The translations under genes were made by a program, and so were the position numbers. Below the pieces are notes generated by a model that ran no database searches, was not told where the DNA came from, and worked only from the letters and a program-made list of their open reading frames with translations. A stretch of DNA of 61,359 nucleotides, the filler included. It is 5 parts of 5 records of this genome, joined end to end, with 100 filler letters (N's around TTAATTAATTAA, not from the genome) between each part and the next. Parts side by side here need not be neighbours in the genome. Positions count along the whole stretch, not along the records: positions 1 to 14,022 come from SRR31156797_22758; 4 more parts are not named here. One strand, written 5' to 3'. This document shows, in pieces, positions 1-9,809 of the stretch. Position 1 is the stretch's first letter; every line of letters begins with the position of its first letter.

Positions 1-715
1 GGACGGCGCCATGAACGAGGGGTTGGTTTCGACCCGGCTCGGAATAAAGGGAATTCCCAATGCCGCCGAAAGCATCATGGTCATGCGTGACATTGCTATT
101 GCTGAGCTCACCGGCGCAAGGCTCCACATCGCCCATGTCAGCTGTGAGGAGTCCGTGGACGCCATCCGCCATGCAAAAAAGCGGGGTGTTCAGGTGACCT
201 GCGAGACCGCCCCACATTATTTTACGTTGACTGACGAGGCCGTTGCGGATTATGATACCAATGCTAAGATGAATCCTCCCCTTCGAACCGAAGCTGACAG
301 ACTCGCCATCATCAAGGGCCTTGCGGACGGCACCATCGACATGATCGCCACCGACCACGCACCCCACTCGAACCTTGAAAAAGAGGTGGAATTCGACCAG
401 GCATTATTTGGCATTATCGGGCTTGAAACGTCACTTGCCCTGTCCCTCAAGCTTGTCCGGGACGGGTTGATCTCCATGGAAACCCTGGTGATGAAGATGT
501 CCAGGAATCCTGCAGATTTTCTCGGCATGGACAACCGGTTGATCCCGGGAAATGTCGCGGACATTACGGTGATCGATCCTGACAGGCGCCATGTGATCGA
601 TCCTGCCACCTTTGTTTCAAAGAGCAGGAATACCCCGTTTTCAGGCATGGAAGTCCAGGGAGATGTCTTCCTGACAATGGTTCAGGGAGGGATCGTTTAC
701 CAAAGGAGTAACTAA
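1..715 (+). CDS. pyrC: Dihydroorotase (multifunctional-complex type), 5'-truncated
   Basis: Motifs LHIAHVS, TCETAPHYF, KMNPPLR, IATDHAPH, SKSRNTPF; the frame is open at the window start. Confidence 0.93.
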   Translation, partial: DGAMNEGLVSTRLGIKGIPNAAESIMVMRDIAIAELTGARLHIAHVSCEESVDAIRHAKKRGVQVTCETAPHYFTLTDEAVADYDTNAKMNPPLRTEADRLAIIKGLADGTIDMIATDHAPHSNLEKEVEFDQALFGIIGLETSLALSLKLVRDGLISMETLVMKMSRNPADFLGMDNRLIPGNVADITVIDPDRRHVIDPATFVSKSRNTPFSGMEVQGDVFLTMVQGGIVYQRSN

Positions 716-718
716 GCC

Positions 719-2122
719 ATGGAGGCCGCAGCCCCGAGAATCCTGGTTGTCGACGATGAGTTGAGCATGCGCGAGTTTCTGGAGGTGATGCTCGCCCAGG
801 AGGGGTATGAGGTCTCTTTGGCAATAAACGGCAAACAAGCCGTTAAGATCATAAAAGAACAGAGTTTCGATCTTGTCCTGTCGGACATTCGCCTGGGTGA
901 CCTCACCGGGCTGGATGTCCTCAGGGCCGCCAAAAAAAAGGACCCGGACACCGTGGTCGTCCTCATCTCCGCTTATGCCACCACGGAGATCGCGGTGGAG
1001 GCCATGAACGAGGGCGCCTTTGATTTTGTTCCCAAGCCCTTTGACAATACCGAGCTCAAAGCAACCCTCCGAAAAGCCCTGGAGCTGAAACAGTCCGGCG
1101 GTAAAAAGGAAATCTCCGCCGCCGCAAGTGAGGCCGAACTCGAACTCCACTTCGGCAAGATTATCGGGAACAGCCCCGGCATGCGCCGTATCTACGACCT
1201 GATCAACCAGGTGGCAACCACCAAGACCAACGTCCTTATATCAGGGGAGAGCGGCACCGGCAAGGAACTCATAGCAAGGGCCATCCACAACATGAGCGAC
1301 CGCCGAGACAATCCCTTTGTGGTGGTGAACTGCGGCGGCATTCCGGAGACCCTGATCGAGAGCGAGTTTTTCGGCCATGTCAAGGGCTCGTTCACCGGGG
1401 CCGTAAACGAAAAAAAAGGGCTGTTCGAGGCGGCCCACCAGGGCACCATCTTCCTTGACGAAATCGGGGAGTTGCCTCCCATGCTCCAGGTGAAACTCCT
1501 CCGGGCCGTCCAGGAAACCGCCGTCAAACCCGTGGGGGGCACCCGGGAGATCTCCGTGGATGTGCGGATCATCTCGGCCACCAACAAGCGGCTCGAGCAG
1601 GAGGTGATCGAGGGCAATTTCAGGGAGGATCTTTTTTTTCGCCTGAACGTCATTCCCCTGAAGGTTCCGCCCCTGCGGGACAGAAAAGGGGATGTCCAGC
1701 TCCTTGCCAACTATTTTACGGAAAAATACGCAAAGCGAATGGGCAAGGACATCTCAAAGCTCTCCTCCTACGCCATCGATTTCCTGAACAGATACAGTTT
1801 CCCGGGCAATGTCCGGGAGCTTGAAAACCTCATCGAACGAAGCGTTGCCCTCTCTTCCACCAACATCATCCTTCCCGAGAGCCTTTCCATCTCCCTGCAC
1901 AAGAAGCGCCGCTGGATCGAGGGCATCAAGGGGTGCCGGTTCGACCTTGACGATGTGGAGCAGGGGGTGGATCTCGACAAGATCCTCCTTTCCATTGAGG
2001 ATGCCTATCTTAAAAAAGGAATGGAGATCTCCGGGGGAAACAAGAGCAAGGCCGCGGAACTGCTGGGCCTGAGCCTGAGATCCATCCGGTACCGCCTGAG
2101 CAAGCAGGAGGAGGATAAATAG
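719..2122 (+). CDS. pilR: Sigma54-dependent response regulator (REC-AAA+-HTH), PilR-like
   Basis: Receiver ILVVDDE...D...KPF, Walker A GESGTGKE, GSFTGA loop, FLDEIGE, PGNVRELEN, Fis-type HTH; adjacent to a type IV pilus operon. The pilR name is inferred from context. Confidence 0.75.
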   Translation: MEAAAPRILVVDDELSMREFLEVMLAQEGYEVSLAINGKQAVKIIKEQSFDLVLSDIRLGDLTGLDVLRAAKKKDPDTVVVLISAYATTEIAVEAMNEGAFDFVPKPFDNTELKATLRKALELKQSGGKKEISAAASEAELELHFGKIIGNSPGMRRIYDLINQVATTKTNVLISGESGTGKELIARAIHNMSDRRDNPFVVVNCGGIPETLIESEFFGHVKGSFTGAVNEKKGLFEAAHQGTIFLDEIGELPPMLQVKLLRAVQETAVKPVGGTREISVDVRIISATNKRLEQEVIEGNFREDLFFRLNVIPLKVPPLRDRKGDVQLLANYFTEKYAKRMGKDISKLSSYAIDFLNRYSFPGNVRELENLIERSVALSSTNIILPESLSISLHKKRRWIEGIKGCRFDLDDVEQGVDLDKILLSIEDAYLKKGMEISGGNKSKAAELLGLSLRSIRYRLSKQEEDK

Positions 2123-2124
2123 GA

Positions 2125-2155
2125 AGGGGGGAGGCCGGTTGCCGGCCATCCCCCT
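2125..2155. terminator. GC-rich hairpin between convergent genes
   Basis: GGGGGA-GGCCGG ttg CCGGCC-a-TCCCCC between two stop codons; no clear U-tract. Confidence 0.45.
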
Positions 2156-2161
2156 CAGTCC

Positions 2162-2512
2162 CTATTTGAAATCCTTGTCCTTAAATTTTATGTCCACCCT
2201 GGACGGGGTTGGGGAAAGGGTGTTTTTACCCAGCGCAACCTCCGTATAGTGATGGGTGCCGTCGGGCGCCTGGTAATACCGGATTGTTACGATCATTCCG
2301 GGTTTCAGGGGAGGGGAGACATGGTTTACACTGGGATAAAAGAGTCCCCCCGCCTTAAGGGTAATGATGTTGTCATTGATACTGGTAATCGTTCCGGTTG
2401 CGGTACGCATCTCCACCATGCTCCTGGCTTCACCCGTCCCATGGAAGGTGCACCAGAGGATCAGGAGAACAACCATGCCCAGTATTTGCCTGTTTCTATC
2501 CATGAAATTCAC
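2162..2512 (-). CDS. Small secreted hypothetical protein, last gene of the pilus operon
   Basis: AGGAG RBS, N-terminal signal-like hydrophobic segment, beta-rich mature part; co-oriented directly after pilY1. Confidence 0.7.
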   Translation of the reverse strand: MNFMDRNRQILGMVVLLILWCTFHGTGEARSMVEMRTATGTITSINDNIITLKAGGLFYPSVNHVSPPLKPGMIVTIRYYQAPDGTHHYTEVALGKNTLSPTPSRVDIKFKDKDFK

Positions 2513-2542
2513 TCCTTTTTAAACTGTTGCCCGCATCTTCAA

Positions 2543-5500
2543 TCAAGGGGTTTGGCTGTTGCCTTCACGCCAGTAATAGAGCTCGAGGCCCATGCCGGGA
2601 CTCTTGATCCTGAAGTTGTTGCCGCCCTGGGGACCCACCACATTGCTGCCCATCATGCCCATGGCGCCGGCCTGGCCTTTCCGGGTGACGATGGCAAAAT
2701 CCGACGGAACACCAAAAATACCGTTTACCTTGAGATATCGGTCCGTGACATCCAGGGCGTCCCCGCCGACAGGATCATTCAGGGTGCTCAGATTGTAGGC
2801 CGATGTAGCGTCACAATAGTTGATGGCATAGGAAAAACCGTTCCCCTGGGGATTGCAGGGATCGGCGACGGAGGGCTGGTAGCTGGTGAAATAGAGGATG
2901 CCGGCATACAGGTCGGCCATGCTCAATACCTTTTCCCCGTCGTGATTGTCCCTTGAAATTGTGGTTGCGTCACTGATGCTTCCGGCATAGGTGCAATGGG
3001 TGCACGCCTGGCTGTCTCCCTGGTCTTCGAGGACGATGTACCAGCCCTTGGCATCGTCTTCATGGATACCGGCCTCGAGGGCATAGGTGCCGCCGCCGAT
3101 ATCATAGACGGCGTCATCCTTGAGAAAACTCTGTAAGAGCGGTTTGGACGTTCCGCTGAGGGACGTGCTCTCATCCAGTTCACCGCAGGTGAGGTTCAGG
3201 AGGTGGTTTTCCGAATAGGGGGCATTGGATACCTTGACGTCGGCAATCTTGTTGCCGGCGGCGTCAACGGTCATGGCCGTAACGGATGAATCATCATAAA
3301 TTGCGTAAAACCGGTTCCTGATCATGGTATAGGTGGGATGCTCCCTGTCACCCGTACCAAAATAGATGGAGGCGATTTCATCGGTGCCTGAAAACCGGGT
3401 TGATTTAAAGCTGTAGTTTCCACTGTCAAAGTAATCACAGGCGCCTCCCCAGGAGACCACAGGGGGATAAAAGCATTTTCTGCCCTGATCGGTCAGGTCG
3501 ATTCCGGCACCAAACGAGCTTGAGACACTGGTACTGCCGGGATTGCCCGAAAACACCTTTGTGACCTTCCACTCGTTGGCCGAGGACCAGGTCCAGCTGG
3601 TGGGCGTGGCCGTGGGCTTTGCCGTGTTAACGGAAAAAGTGAAATCAATCCTGTAGACATTGGCATAGATGTCGGTTGCATAGACCGCCCTTAAAACGTT
3701 GGTCTCAATTCCCCGTTTAAGGCTGCCCCCATCCAGGTAATAGTAGGTGGTGACACCGGATACCACCGACGGGGATGCCGGAAAACAATACTTCATGGAT
3801 GACAGTTTCTGGTCCGATCCGCTGGTGACCTCGCTTGCGGGATCGGCGCACCAGGTGACGGAAAAGGGGAGAATCTGTTTGCCGAGATGATCTAAGGTGA
3901 TATTGGCCGGATTATCGATATCAACGATATAGATTCCCCTGCCGTTTTCATTCTGGCCCAGGTTGTAACGGTCATAAAGCGTGTTGCCGTTGATGTCCTG
4001 GTCCGCATTGGTTTTCACCCATTCATTCTTGTCAAGGTTGCCCTGGAGGGTATAGGGGGATCCGCTGTTGTCGATGTCCAGGAACGGTTCGGGATAGTTG
4101 TCCTCCTCCGTATCATACCCGCCGGTGAGAACCAACACATCTTTGAAGGCAAGCTCTCCCGTGGCGGCATCGACGGAGACCGGAACGGCTGCTATTTTGG
4201 GATCTGACCAGGACTGGCCCAGCTCATTGTTGGTGTATTGCCAGGCAACCGACCAGTTCAATGGATTCGGGTCGGTGACATCCAGGGACCAAAAGGCTTT
4301 GCCCCCCCGTCTTTCCCCGAAGATGAGGTATTTGGGCTGTTTGTCCCTGCGGTAAAGGGAGATGCCGCCGTCCACACCGTCCACCAGGTTCTGCTGGGAT
4401 ATGGGGTGGAGGCTGGACAGCAGATCCTCCGGAACAAAGGCGAAAATCTCCCTTCCGTCGGCATCGTCGAACACATGGAGCATCCCGTCATTGGCTCCCA
4501 CGGCAATGTAGCGTTTCAGCAGGATTTTGATGTTGGCAGGATCGTAATAGTCGATAACCACGGGCCTTGAGTGAACAATGCTACCCAGGGCCCAGTCCCT
4601 CACCGCCAGGGGGGCATGGGTGGCGGGATCGGCATCAAAGGTATAACCGTAGGTGTAGTTGAGGGTCTTGTCCCGGGTACTGTCGTCAACCACATTCAGG
4701 CTGGCGGCGGAAACCGTGTCCCATCTGAGGGGTTTCAATGCGCCCAGGGTTGAATCATAGGTGAAGATGGGCCTGTTCCAGTAATTCTTGGCGGCAAAGT
4801 GGGCAGCCACGGTCTCGGTGAGCACTTCACCGGCGCCGTCCTCCCGTACGTCCGAAACCCCGTAGTTGTCTGAATCATTGGCGTCGTTATCATCGGCCCA
4901 GAAGGCGGACGTGTTGTCCTTGAATTCACCGGCACTGTTGATGGCCTCGTTGTCGGCGCCGTCATAGATCATCCAGATCTTGGGGCGCTGGGCGCTTCCG
5001 TCCCCCAACCGGTATTTCTTGAGGTTGCCCATCCATGACCGGTTGTCCTGGGGAAGGAAAAGACCCAGGTAGAGATCATCGCCGTTCTGGATCTTGTTTG
5101 CCGCATCCACGGACACCACCGGGGCGGTAAAGGAGACCGCCTCGGTCATCTGGAGGGCAAGGGCGTAAAAGGCCGCCACCAGCTGTGTCTTGTTGTAGGC
5201 GGCAATGTATTCACCTCCGGATTCCCCTGCCGCGTCCTTGAGAAGCGGATGGTCCATGCCAAAGGCGATGTGGTGGGTGGTCACATTGAAATAGGAGTTG
5301 GCCGGATCTGCTACCTCGCTCTTGTCGAGCCAGGAGTGGGTGTAGAGCCAGTGCCCCACATCATCGTAATAGTTTTCCGAAGGGTTGGCATACTGGTAGG
5401 GATCGGCGGTCCAGTTGTCATTGTCCCAGTCACTGAAGGGCAGGCGAGGATCGCCCGTTACATCGTTAATCCTGTTCCAGTCATCATCGCCGGAGGGAAA

Positions 5501-7033
5501 ACCGTCGGTGACGGAGATGATGTAATTCTTTCGGCAGGTCAGGTTGTCTAAGGCGTGGCGCTTGGTCCAGTATCCCTTTTCAAACACATCCTGGAGCGCC
5601 TCCCCAAGGGGGGTGCCGTACATGGGGTCCACCCCCTCGATATGCTGGCGGATGGCCGCCCGGTTGGCATCATCGGTCAGGTTGGGGTTCAGGGCGCTGT
5701 GGAGGGTGGCGCCGTTGGCCGTTGTACCTGTGTATGCAAAGGTTGCGAATCCCCAGTTCATCTTGCCGTGGAATTCGTCCAGGGCATAGAGCAGGGCGTC
5801 TTTTGCCACATCCAGGCGGTTCTGCATGAGATAGGAATCTCCAATGTAGGTGACCCGGATTTTATCGATGGCATACCCTTTCCCCACCACATTCCTGTCC
5901 GAGGAAAGGGCGATCTTGACCGTGTCGCTGTTGATGGTGGGCGACCACCCGTCACCCGCGGTGGGGGGATTGTCGTTATCATATTTGGCAACCAGGTTGC
6001 CGGCGCTGTCCCGCAGGGCCACATAATCATATTTCCATGAGGATACCTTACCGTCATCTTCCACATCAAACCTTGAAAAATGGACCTGGATCTGGGCCGC
6101 TCCCGGATGGGTGATGGACTGTTCCGTATCACTTTCGAGAAGTTTGTTTCCGTAGTTGCCGCCGGCGGGATATTGCAGGGGGTGGGCCAATTCGGACCAG
6201 TCCCCCGCGCCCAGGGGAATCAATTCATACTTCCAGGCCATATCTCCGGTTGAAGCCCCCTGGGGGCTCGGGTTGTTGGTGGTATAGTGAAGGTTATACA
6301 TGGACTGCATGTTCGCCCAGTTGCCGGTGACAAAGAAATAGATGTTCTGATCGCCGTCCTCCGCCGGATTGAGACTGCCCGGGGTGACGCCTTCATATCC
6401 GCTGAAATAGTAGCCCGGGGCGTTCAGGAGACCGCCAAAGCCGTTGTTTATGACGCTTCCGTCATACAGGATGCTGGGATCATAATGCTTTATGCTCCTG
6501 TTCATGGGCAGCCTTTGATTGTCTAAAAGAATATATCCCTCCGCATCCACGGTGATCCGCTGGGTGCCGACACCGTCTCCCGATAAATTACCGGAAGCGT
6601 CGATCATGGTATGGGTGTCCACAAGGTTATTTGTATACCAGAGATAGTTCGGGTCGGCGGCATCCCCGGTAAATGCGACATCTTTTCCGTCCACGGTGGC
6701 GACGGTGACACCGATGTTTCCCTTCCAGAGATAAATTTTGCGCCGCTCCTTGTGGTTTTGATAAAAGATGCTGCTGTTGTTGACGGTGTCATAGATGTAA
6801 GTGTCATACCCGACGGCGGGATTTTCGTTCAAGGTAAACAGATAATCAAACATGGCGCCGTAATCCACATTATGCTCATAGACGCCGAAATCCATGCTGC
6901 CGGAGTTATCAATGAGAATATAGCAGTTTTGTTTGGTGCTGACCTCGTAAATATCCGTGTCCTTGGCAAGCAGGGGGGGGATGAAAAGGATGAGGGAACA
7001 GACCATAATAGCGAGTGGTTTTAATGATTTCAT
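2543..7033 (-). CDS. pilY1: PilY1/PilC-family type IV pilus tip adhesin (vWA with CUB insertion, then beta-propeller)
   Basis: Signal peptide after GGAGG RBS (ATG 7033); MIDAS DNSGS; GTPLGEAL...CRKNYIISVTDG; PilY1 motifs WMGNLKKY, LGSIVHSRPVV, VGANDGMLHVFD, EIFAFVP, GQSWSDP, IYFGTGDR. Confidence 0.9.
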   Translation of the reverse strand: MKSLKPLAIMVCSLILFIPPLLAKDTDIYEVSTKQNCYILIDNSGSMDFGVYEHNVDYGAMFDYLFTLNENPAVGYDTYIYDTVNNSSIFYQNHKERRKIYLWKGNIGVTVATVDGKDVAFTGDAADPNYLWYTNNLVDTHTMIDASGNLSGDGVGTQRITVDAEGYILLDNQRLPMNRSIKHYDPSILYDGSVINNGFGGLLNAPGYYFSGYEGVTPGSLNPAEDGDQNIYFFVTGNWANMQSMYNLHYTTNNPSPQGASTGDMAWKYELIPLGAGDWSELAHPLQYPAGGNYGNKLLESDTEQSITHPGAAQIQVHFSRFDVEDDGKVSSWKYDYVALRDSAGNLVAKYDNDNPPTAGDGWSPTINSDTVKIALSSDRNVVGKGYAIDKIRVTYIGDSYLMQNRLDVAKDALLYALDEFHGKMNWGFATFAYTGTTANGATLHSALNPNLTDDANRAAIRQHIEGVDPMYGTPLGEALQDVFEKGYWTKRHALDNLTCRKNYIISVTDGFPSGDDDWNRINDVTGDPRLPFSDWDNDNWTADPYQYANPSENYYDDVGHWLYTHSWLDKSEVADPANSYFNVTTHHIAFGMDHPLLKDAAGESGGEYIAAYNKTQLVAAFYALALQMTEAVSFTAPVVSVDAANKIQNGDDLYLGLFLPQDNRSWMGNLKKYRLGDGSAQRPKIWMIYDGADNEAINSAGEFKDNTSAFWADDNDANDSDNYGVSDVREDGAGEVLTETVAAHFAAKNYWNRPIFTYDSTLGALKPLRWDTVSAASLNVVDDSTRDKTLNYTYGYTFDADPATHAPLAVRDWALGSIVHSRPVVIDYYDPANIKILLKRYIAVGANDGMLHVFDDADGREIFAFVPEDLLSSLHPISQQNLVDGVDGGISLYRRDKQPKYLIFGERRGGKAFWSLDVTDPNPLNWSVAWQYTNNELGQSWSDPKIAAVPVSVDAATGELAFKDVLVLTGGYDTEEDNYPEPFLDIDNSGSPYTLQGNLDKNEWVKTNADQDINGNTLYDRYNLGQNENGRGIYIVDIDNPANITLDHLGKQILPFSVTWCADPASEVTSGSDQKLSSMKYCFPASPSVVSGVTTYYYLDGGSLKRGIETNVLRAVYATDIYANVYRIDFTFSVNTAKPTATPTSWTWSSANEWKVTKVFSGNPGSTSVSSSFGAGIDLTDQGRKCFYPPVVSWGGACDYFDSGNYSFKSTRFSGTDEIASIYFGTGDREHPTYTMIRNRFYAIYDDSSVTAMTVDAAGNKIADVKVSNAPYSENHLLNLTCGELDESTSLSGTSKPLLQSFLKDDAVYDIGGGTYALEAGIHEDDAKGWYIVLEDQGDSQACTHCTYAGSISDATTISRDNHDGEKVLSMADLYAGILYFTSYQPSVADPCNPQGNGFSYAINYCDATSAYNLSTLNDPVGGDALDVTDRYLKVNGIFGVPSDFAIVTRKGQAGAMGMMGSNVVGPQGGNNFRIKSPGMGLELYYWREGNSQTP

Positions 7034-7043
7034 GGAACCTCCT

Positions 7044-7631
7044 TTAAATCCCGGTTTTGACACCGACTTTGATGCCGCCAAGTTCTATTATGACCTGTTT
7101 TTCCCCGTTTATCCGGAATTTGTACCCTGAAAAGGTAGACGCATCATATCCCTTTGGCGGGGCATCCGGATAAAGGTAGGTAACAAGGTATGCATAATCA
7201 TATTTGTCATCGTTGGGGTCCTGCATGAGATTTTGGTGGGGCCAGGTGTTTGTGTTGGCCGCATCAAAGGCATCCGGGAACGGTCCCTCAACAATCATAT
7301 CATTGTATGGGTCATAGGATGCCTGGGGGGGAAGAAGCGCCTGGGTATAAATGGAGGGATCGGAGATCTCATACCAGCTGAATCCGCCCGGGCCGGACCT
7401 TGCGTAGCCGACATGGGTGGCCTCCACCTCCGCCCCGCCCTCGCTCAGGTTAAAGTTTTCTTCCCATTGCTGCTGATTGCCGGCAATCTGAACTTCCATG
7501 ACCGAGGTGGTGATGGCAAGAATTCCCAGGACCGTCACAACAAGCAGGGCAAGAATGGCGGAAATGAGCGCAATGCCCTTTTCATTGTCAAGGCAACTTT
7601 TCAGAGCTGTTTTTTTGATGATACAAAGCAT
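7044..7631 (-). CDS. pilX: Minor pilin PilX-like
   Basis: KG/IALISAILALLVVTVLG prepilin segment lacking E5, followed by E..IAGN; position in the operon. Confidence 0.85.
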   Translation of the reverse strand: MLCIIKKTALKSCLDNEKGIALISAILALLVVTVLGILAITTSVMEVQIAGNQQQWEENFNLSEGGAEVEATHVGYARSGPGGFSWYEISDPSIYTQALLPPQASYDPYNDMIVEGPFPDAFDAANTNTWPHQNLMQDPNDDKYDYAYLVTYLYPDAPPKGYDASTFSGYKFRINGEKQVIIELGGIKVGVKTGI

Positions 7632-7644
7632 GGTCGATTTCCTG

Positions 7645-8169
7645 TTATATGTCAATGTCGTTGTATTTGTAGGCTGTTATCTCCAGGTGGTCGGTGCCCA
7701 GGGCCGTATCCCAATACATGAAAAGCCGTATGGTACAAAAAGGAATAAAGCTGTCCGTACCGATTACCACCGGTGTTTTATCCACATTCCAGAAAATCTG
7801 GTAGATGGTCCCCGAGGTGTCCACAAGGTTGGTTCCGCTGACCTGATAAAGGTTGCTTAACAGGGGCAGTTGGGCCGGGATGAATATATGATCCGCATTG
7901 CCGGGTGCGGGGGTCCCCCCCGAAACCGCCATTCCCGCGTTTAAATTTGTTCCGGCAGTGAGATTGGCATCATCAAACGGCAGCCGTTTGAGTTCTTCCA
8001 GGACAGACAACGCGACCGTATTGGCCTGGGAGCGGCTGGATGCGCCCGCATTCCCTTGTATCGCCTGAATCTGCATGGCCATGACGCCAAGAATGCCGAT
8101 ACTTAAAACCCCCATTGCGATAATCACTTCAATGAGTGTGAATCCCTTTTCATCTTTTGTAATACTCAT
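7645..8169 (-). CDS. pilV: Minor pilin PilV-like
   Basis: KG/FTLIEVIIAMGVLSIGILGVMAMQ prepilin motif. Confidence 0.87.
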   Translation of the reverse strand: MSITKDEKGFTLIEVIIAMGVLSIGILGVMAMQIQAIQGNAGASSRSQANTVALSVLEELKRLPFDDANLTAGTNLNAGMAVSGGTPAPGNADHIFIPAQLPLLSNLYQVSGTNLVDTSGTIYQIFWNVDKTPVVIGTDSFIPFCTIRLFMYWDTALGTDHLEITAYKYNDIDI

Positions 8170-8172
8170 TTG

Positions 8173-8919
8173 TCACAAGCCCAGATTTCTGCACTGGATG
8201 GTGGTAGCAGCAAATCGACGTCTGAAGTTATCGTTAAAAGGTCCCCATACGGTTCCGGAAGCCGTGGTGTATCTGGTGGTATTGGTGAAATCCGGATCCA
8301 TCCGCTGTGATCTTACAAGCATGGAAACCTGAACAGCCCTTATTTCATTATATCTGGATAAGGCGGGGGCGGTTGCTGATGTACCGTCGGAAAAAATATA
8401 GTTGAATTCAACCGCATCCACACTTTCGGCAATGGGTTGAAATCCCCCGCCGGTATTTGTATCTCTGCCAAAGTTGCCGGCCGTGCTCCAGTCGGCCCCC
8501 TGGGTGCCGCCATCCGCAATGCCGTTACCGTCAACGTCCACGGCCGGTGAAAAGCCGAAGGTTATGTTTTCGTCCTGATCGTCCAGGTCGCCGTCCCCCT
8601 CATTGGGTGCGATCATGTCTCCCCCGATGTCACGGGTAAACCGGATCTGTCCCGCTGTTGCGGTTACAAAACCGGGATTCAGCGATTCGGTCGGATTGCA
8701 GCCCGCTTCCCTGATATCCCGGGTCATGATCATCATGGCGGACCGGATGTTCTGCTGGATCACGGCCACATCTTCCTGGGTGCTGTAACTTTCCAGCTGG
8801 GTTGTGTAGGCGGAATAGATCCCGGCAATAACAAATGCTGAGATCAGCAGGGTGATCATAAGCTCGATAAGGGTAAATCCTGACTGTGCATCAGGTTTGT
8901 ATCCGTTGAACCGTTTCAT
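8173..8919 (-). CDS. pilW: Minor pilin PilW-like
   Basis: SG/FTLIELMI, QQNIRSAM...DIREAG, C-terminal CRNLGL; likely ATG at 8919, just after the fimT stop. Confidence 0.87.
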   Translation of the reverse strand: MKRFNGYKPDAQSGFTLIELMITLLISAFVIAGIYSAYTTQLESYSTQEDVAVIQQNIRSAMMIMTRDIREAGCNPTESLNPGFVTATAGQIRFTRDIGGDMIAPNEGDGDLDDQDENITFGFSPAVDVDGNGIADGGTQGADWSTAGNFGRDTNTGGGFQPIAESVDAVEFNYIFSDGTSATAPALSRYNEIRAVQVSMLVRSQRMDPDFTNTTRYTTASGTVWGPFNDNFRRRFAATTIQCRNLGL

Positions 8920-8920
8920 C

Positions 8921-9550
8921 TCAATTCCAGGTGCCATTGCTTCCATCCGTTGAATCGGTGCTTGTTTGAAGGCTTGTCCCTCCGGCAACGGAGAGGGTGA
9001 TTCGATACCATAGACGATTGTTGTTGGCTCTTCTTAGAACAACCCCCTCTGTCCGGCTGCTCAAGGGAAGTCCCCTTGCGGTGAATCCCGGGGTGATGTT
9101 TCCTAAAGAGAAACTGACCCCGTCCAGTGAAAAAACGCCCCAGACCGTCACAATGGAATTGTCGATGGTTCCGGAAGCAATGACCTGTTCATCTCCATTC
9201 AATATTCCGTCTCCGGGGGTTCCGGTTGTTCCGCCGTCATCCAGAAAGGAGATGTAGGCGTTTGCGGGGGCGTTGAAAGAGATGACAGCGTTACTGTAAT
9301 TCCGGATGGCCATCATCCTGGTGTTTTGAAAGGTTGAGTAGAGGTCCCTTGCATCGCCCCTGAGAATATTGTTCTGGTTCCACTCCAGAAAATTGGGATA
9401 GGCGATCGCTGTCAGAACAGCGACAATAAAGAGGACAATCATCAGTTCCAAAATGGTGAAGCCGTTTCGGCGGCACCATTTCGTCCTTGACTCATCCACG
9501 GAAAGATGATTTTCAAATGGGGCGACGGATTTGAATTGAAATGATTCCAC
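8921..9550 (-). CDS. fimT: Minor pilin FimT/FimU (GspH-like)
   Basis: NG/FTILELMIVLFIVAVLTAIAYPNF, ARDL...TRMMAI, FTARG; the start codon (GTG) is uncertain. Confidence 0.85.
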   Translation of the reverse strand: MESFQFKSVAPFENHLSVDESRTKWCRRNGFTILELMIVLFIVAVLTAIAYPNFLEWNQNNILRGDARDLYSTFQNTRMMAIRNYSNAVISFNAPANAYISFLDDGGTTGTPGDGILNGDEQVIASGTIDNSIVTVWGVFSLDGVSFSLGNITPGFTARGLPLSSRTEGVVLRRANNNRLWYRITLSVAGGTSLQTSTDSTDGSNGTWN

Positions 9551-9598
9551 GTTTTATTCACCAAATTAAAGGTTGATGTTCTGTTAATCAAATTAATA

Positions 9599-9615
9599 AG
9601 CAATATTGATGCCAA
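9599..9615 (-). promoter_or_regulatory. Sigma54 (-24/-12) promoter of the minor-pilin operon
   Basis: Minus strand TTGGCATCAATATTGCT gives GG-N10-GC, matching TGGCAC-N5-TTGCW; about 50 nt upstream of fimT, in an AT-rich tract. Confidence 0.8.
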
Positions 9616-9761
9616 TTGATTAAGTGAATCTCTTTAATTCTTTAGAGGTGTTATCATTATATAATACATAATCACCCGAATTGAGAAAGCAATTTTTTTA
9701 CGCAAAAGTACTTCGGGTGATTAATCCGTGGGACGGAACGCCCCGGGGGATGAACTGGCGG

Positions 9762-9792
9762 CGGGGGAGGGCGGTTGGTCGTCCCTCCCCCG
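9762..9792 (-). terminator. GC-rich hairpin downstream of the second pilY1
   Basis: CGGGGGAGGG-CGG ttgg TCG-t-CCCTCCCCCG; no U-tract. Confidence 0.4.
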
Positions 9793-9809
9793 GTATGGGG
9801 TCTTATCTC

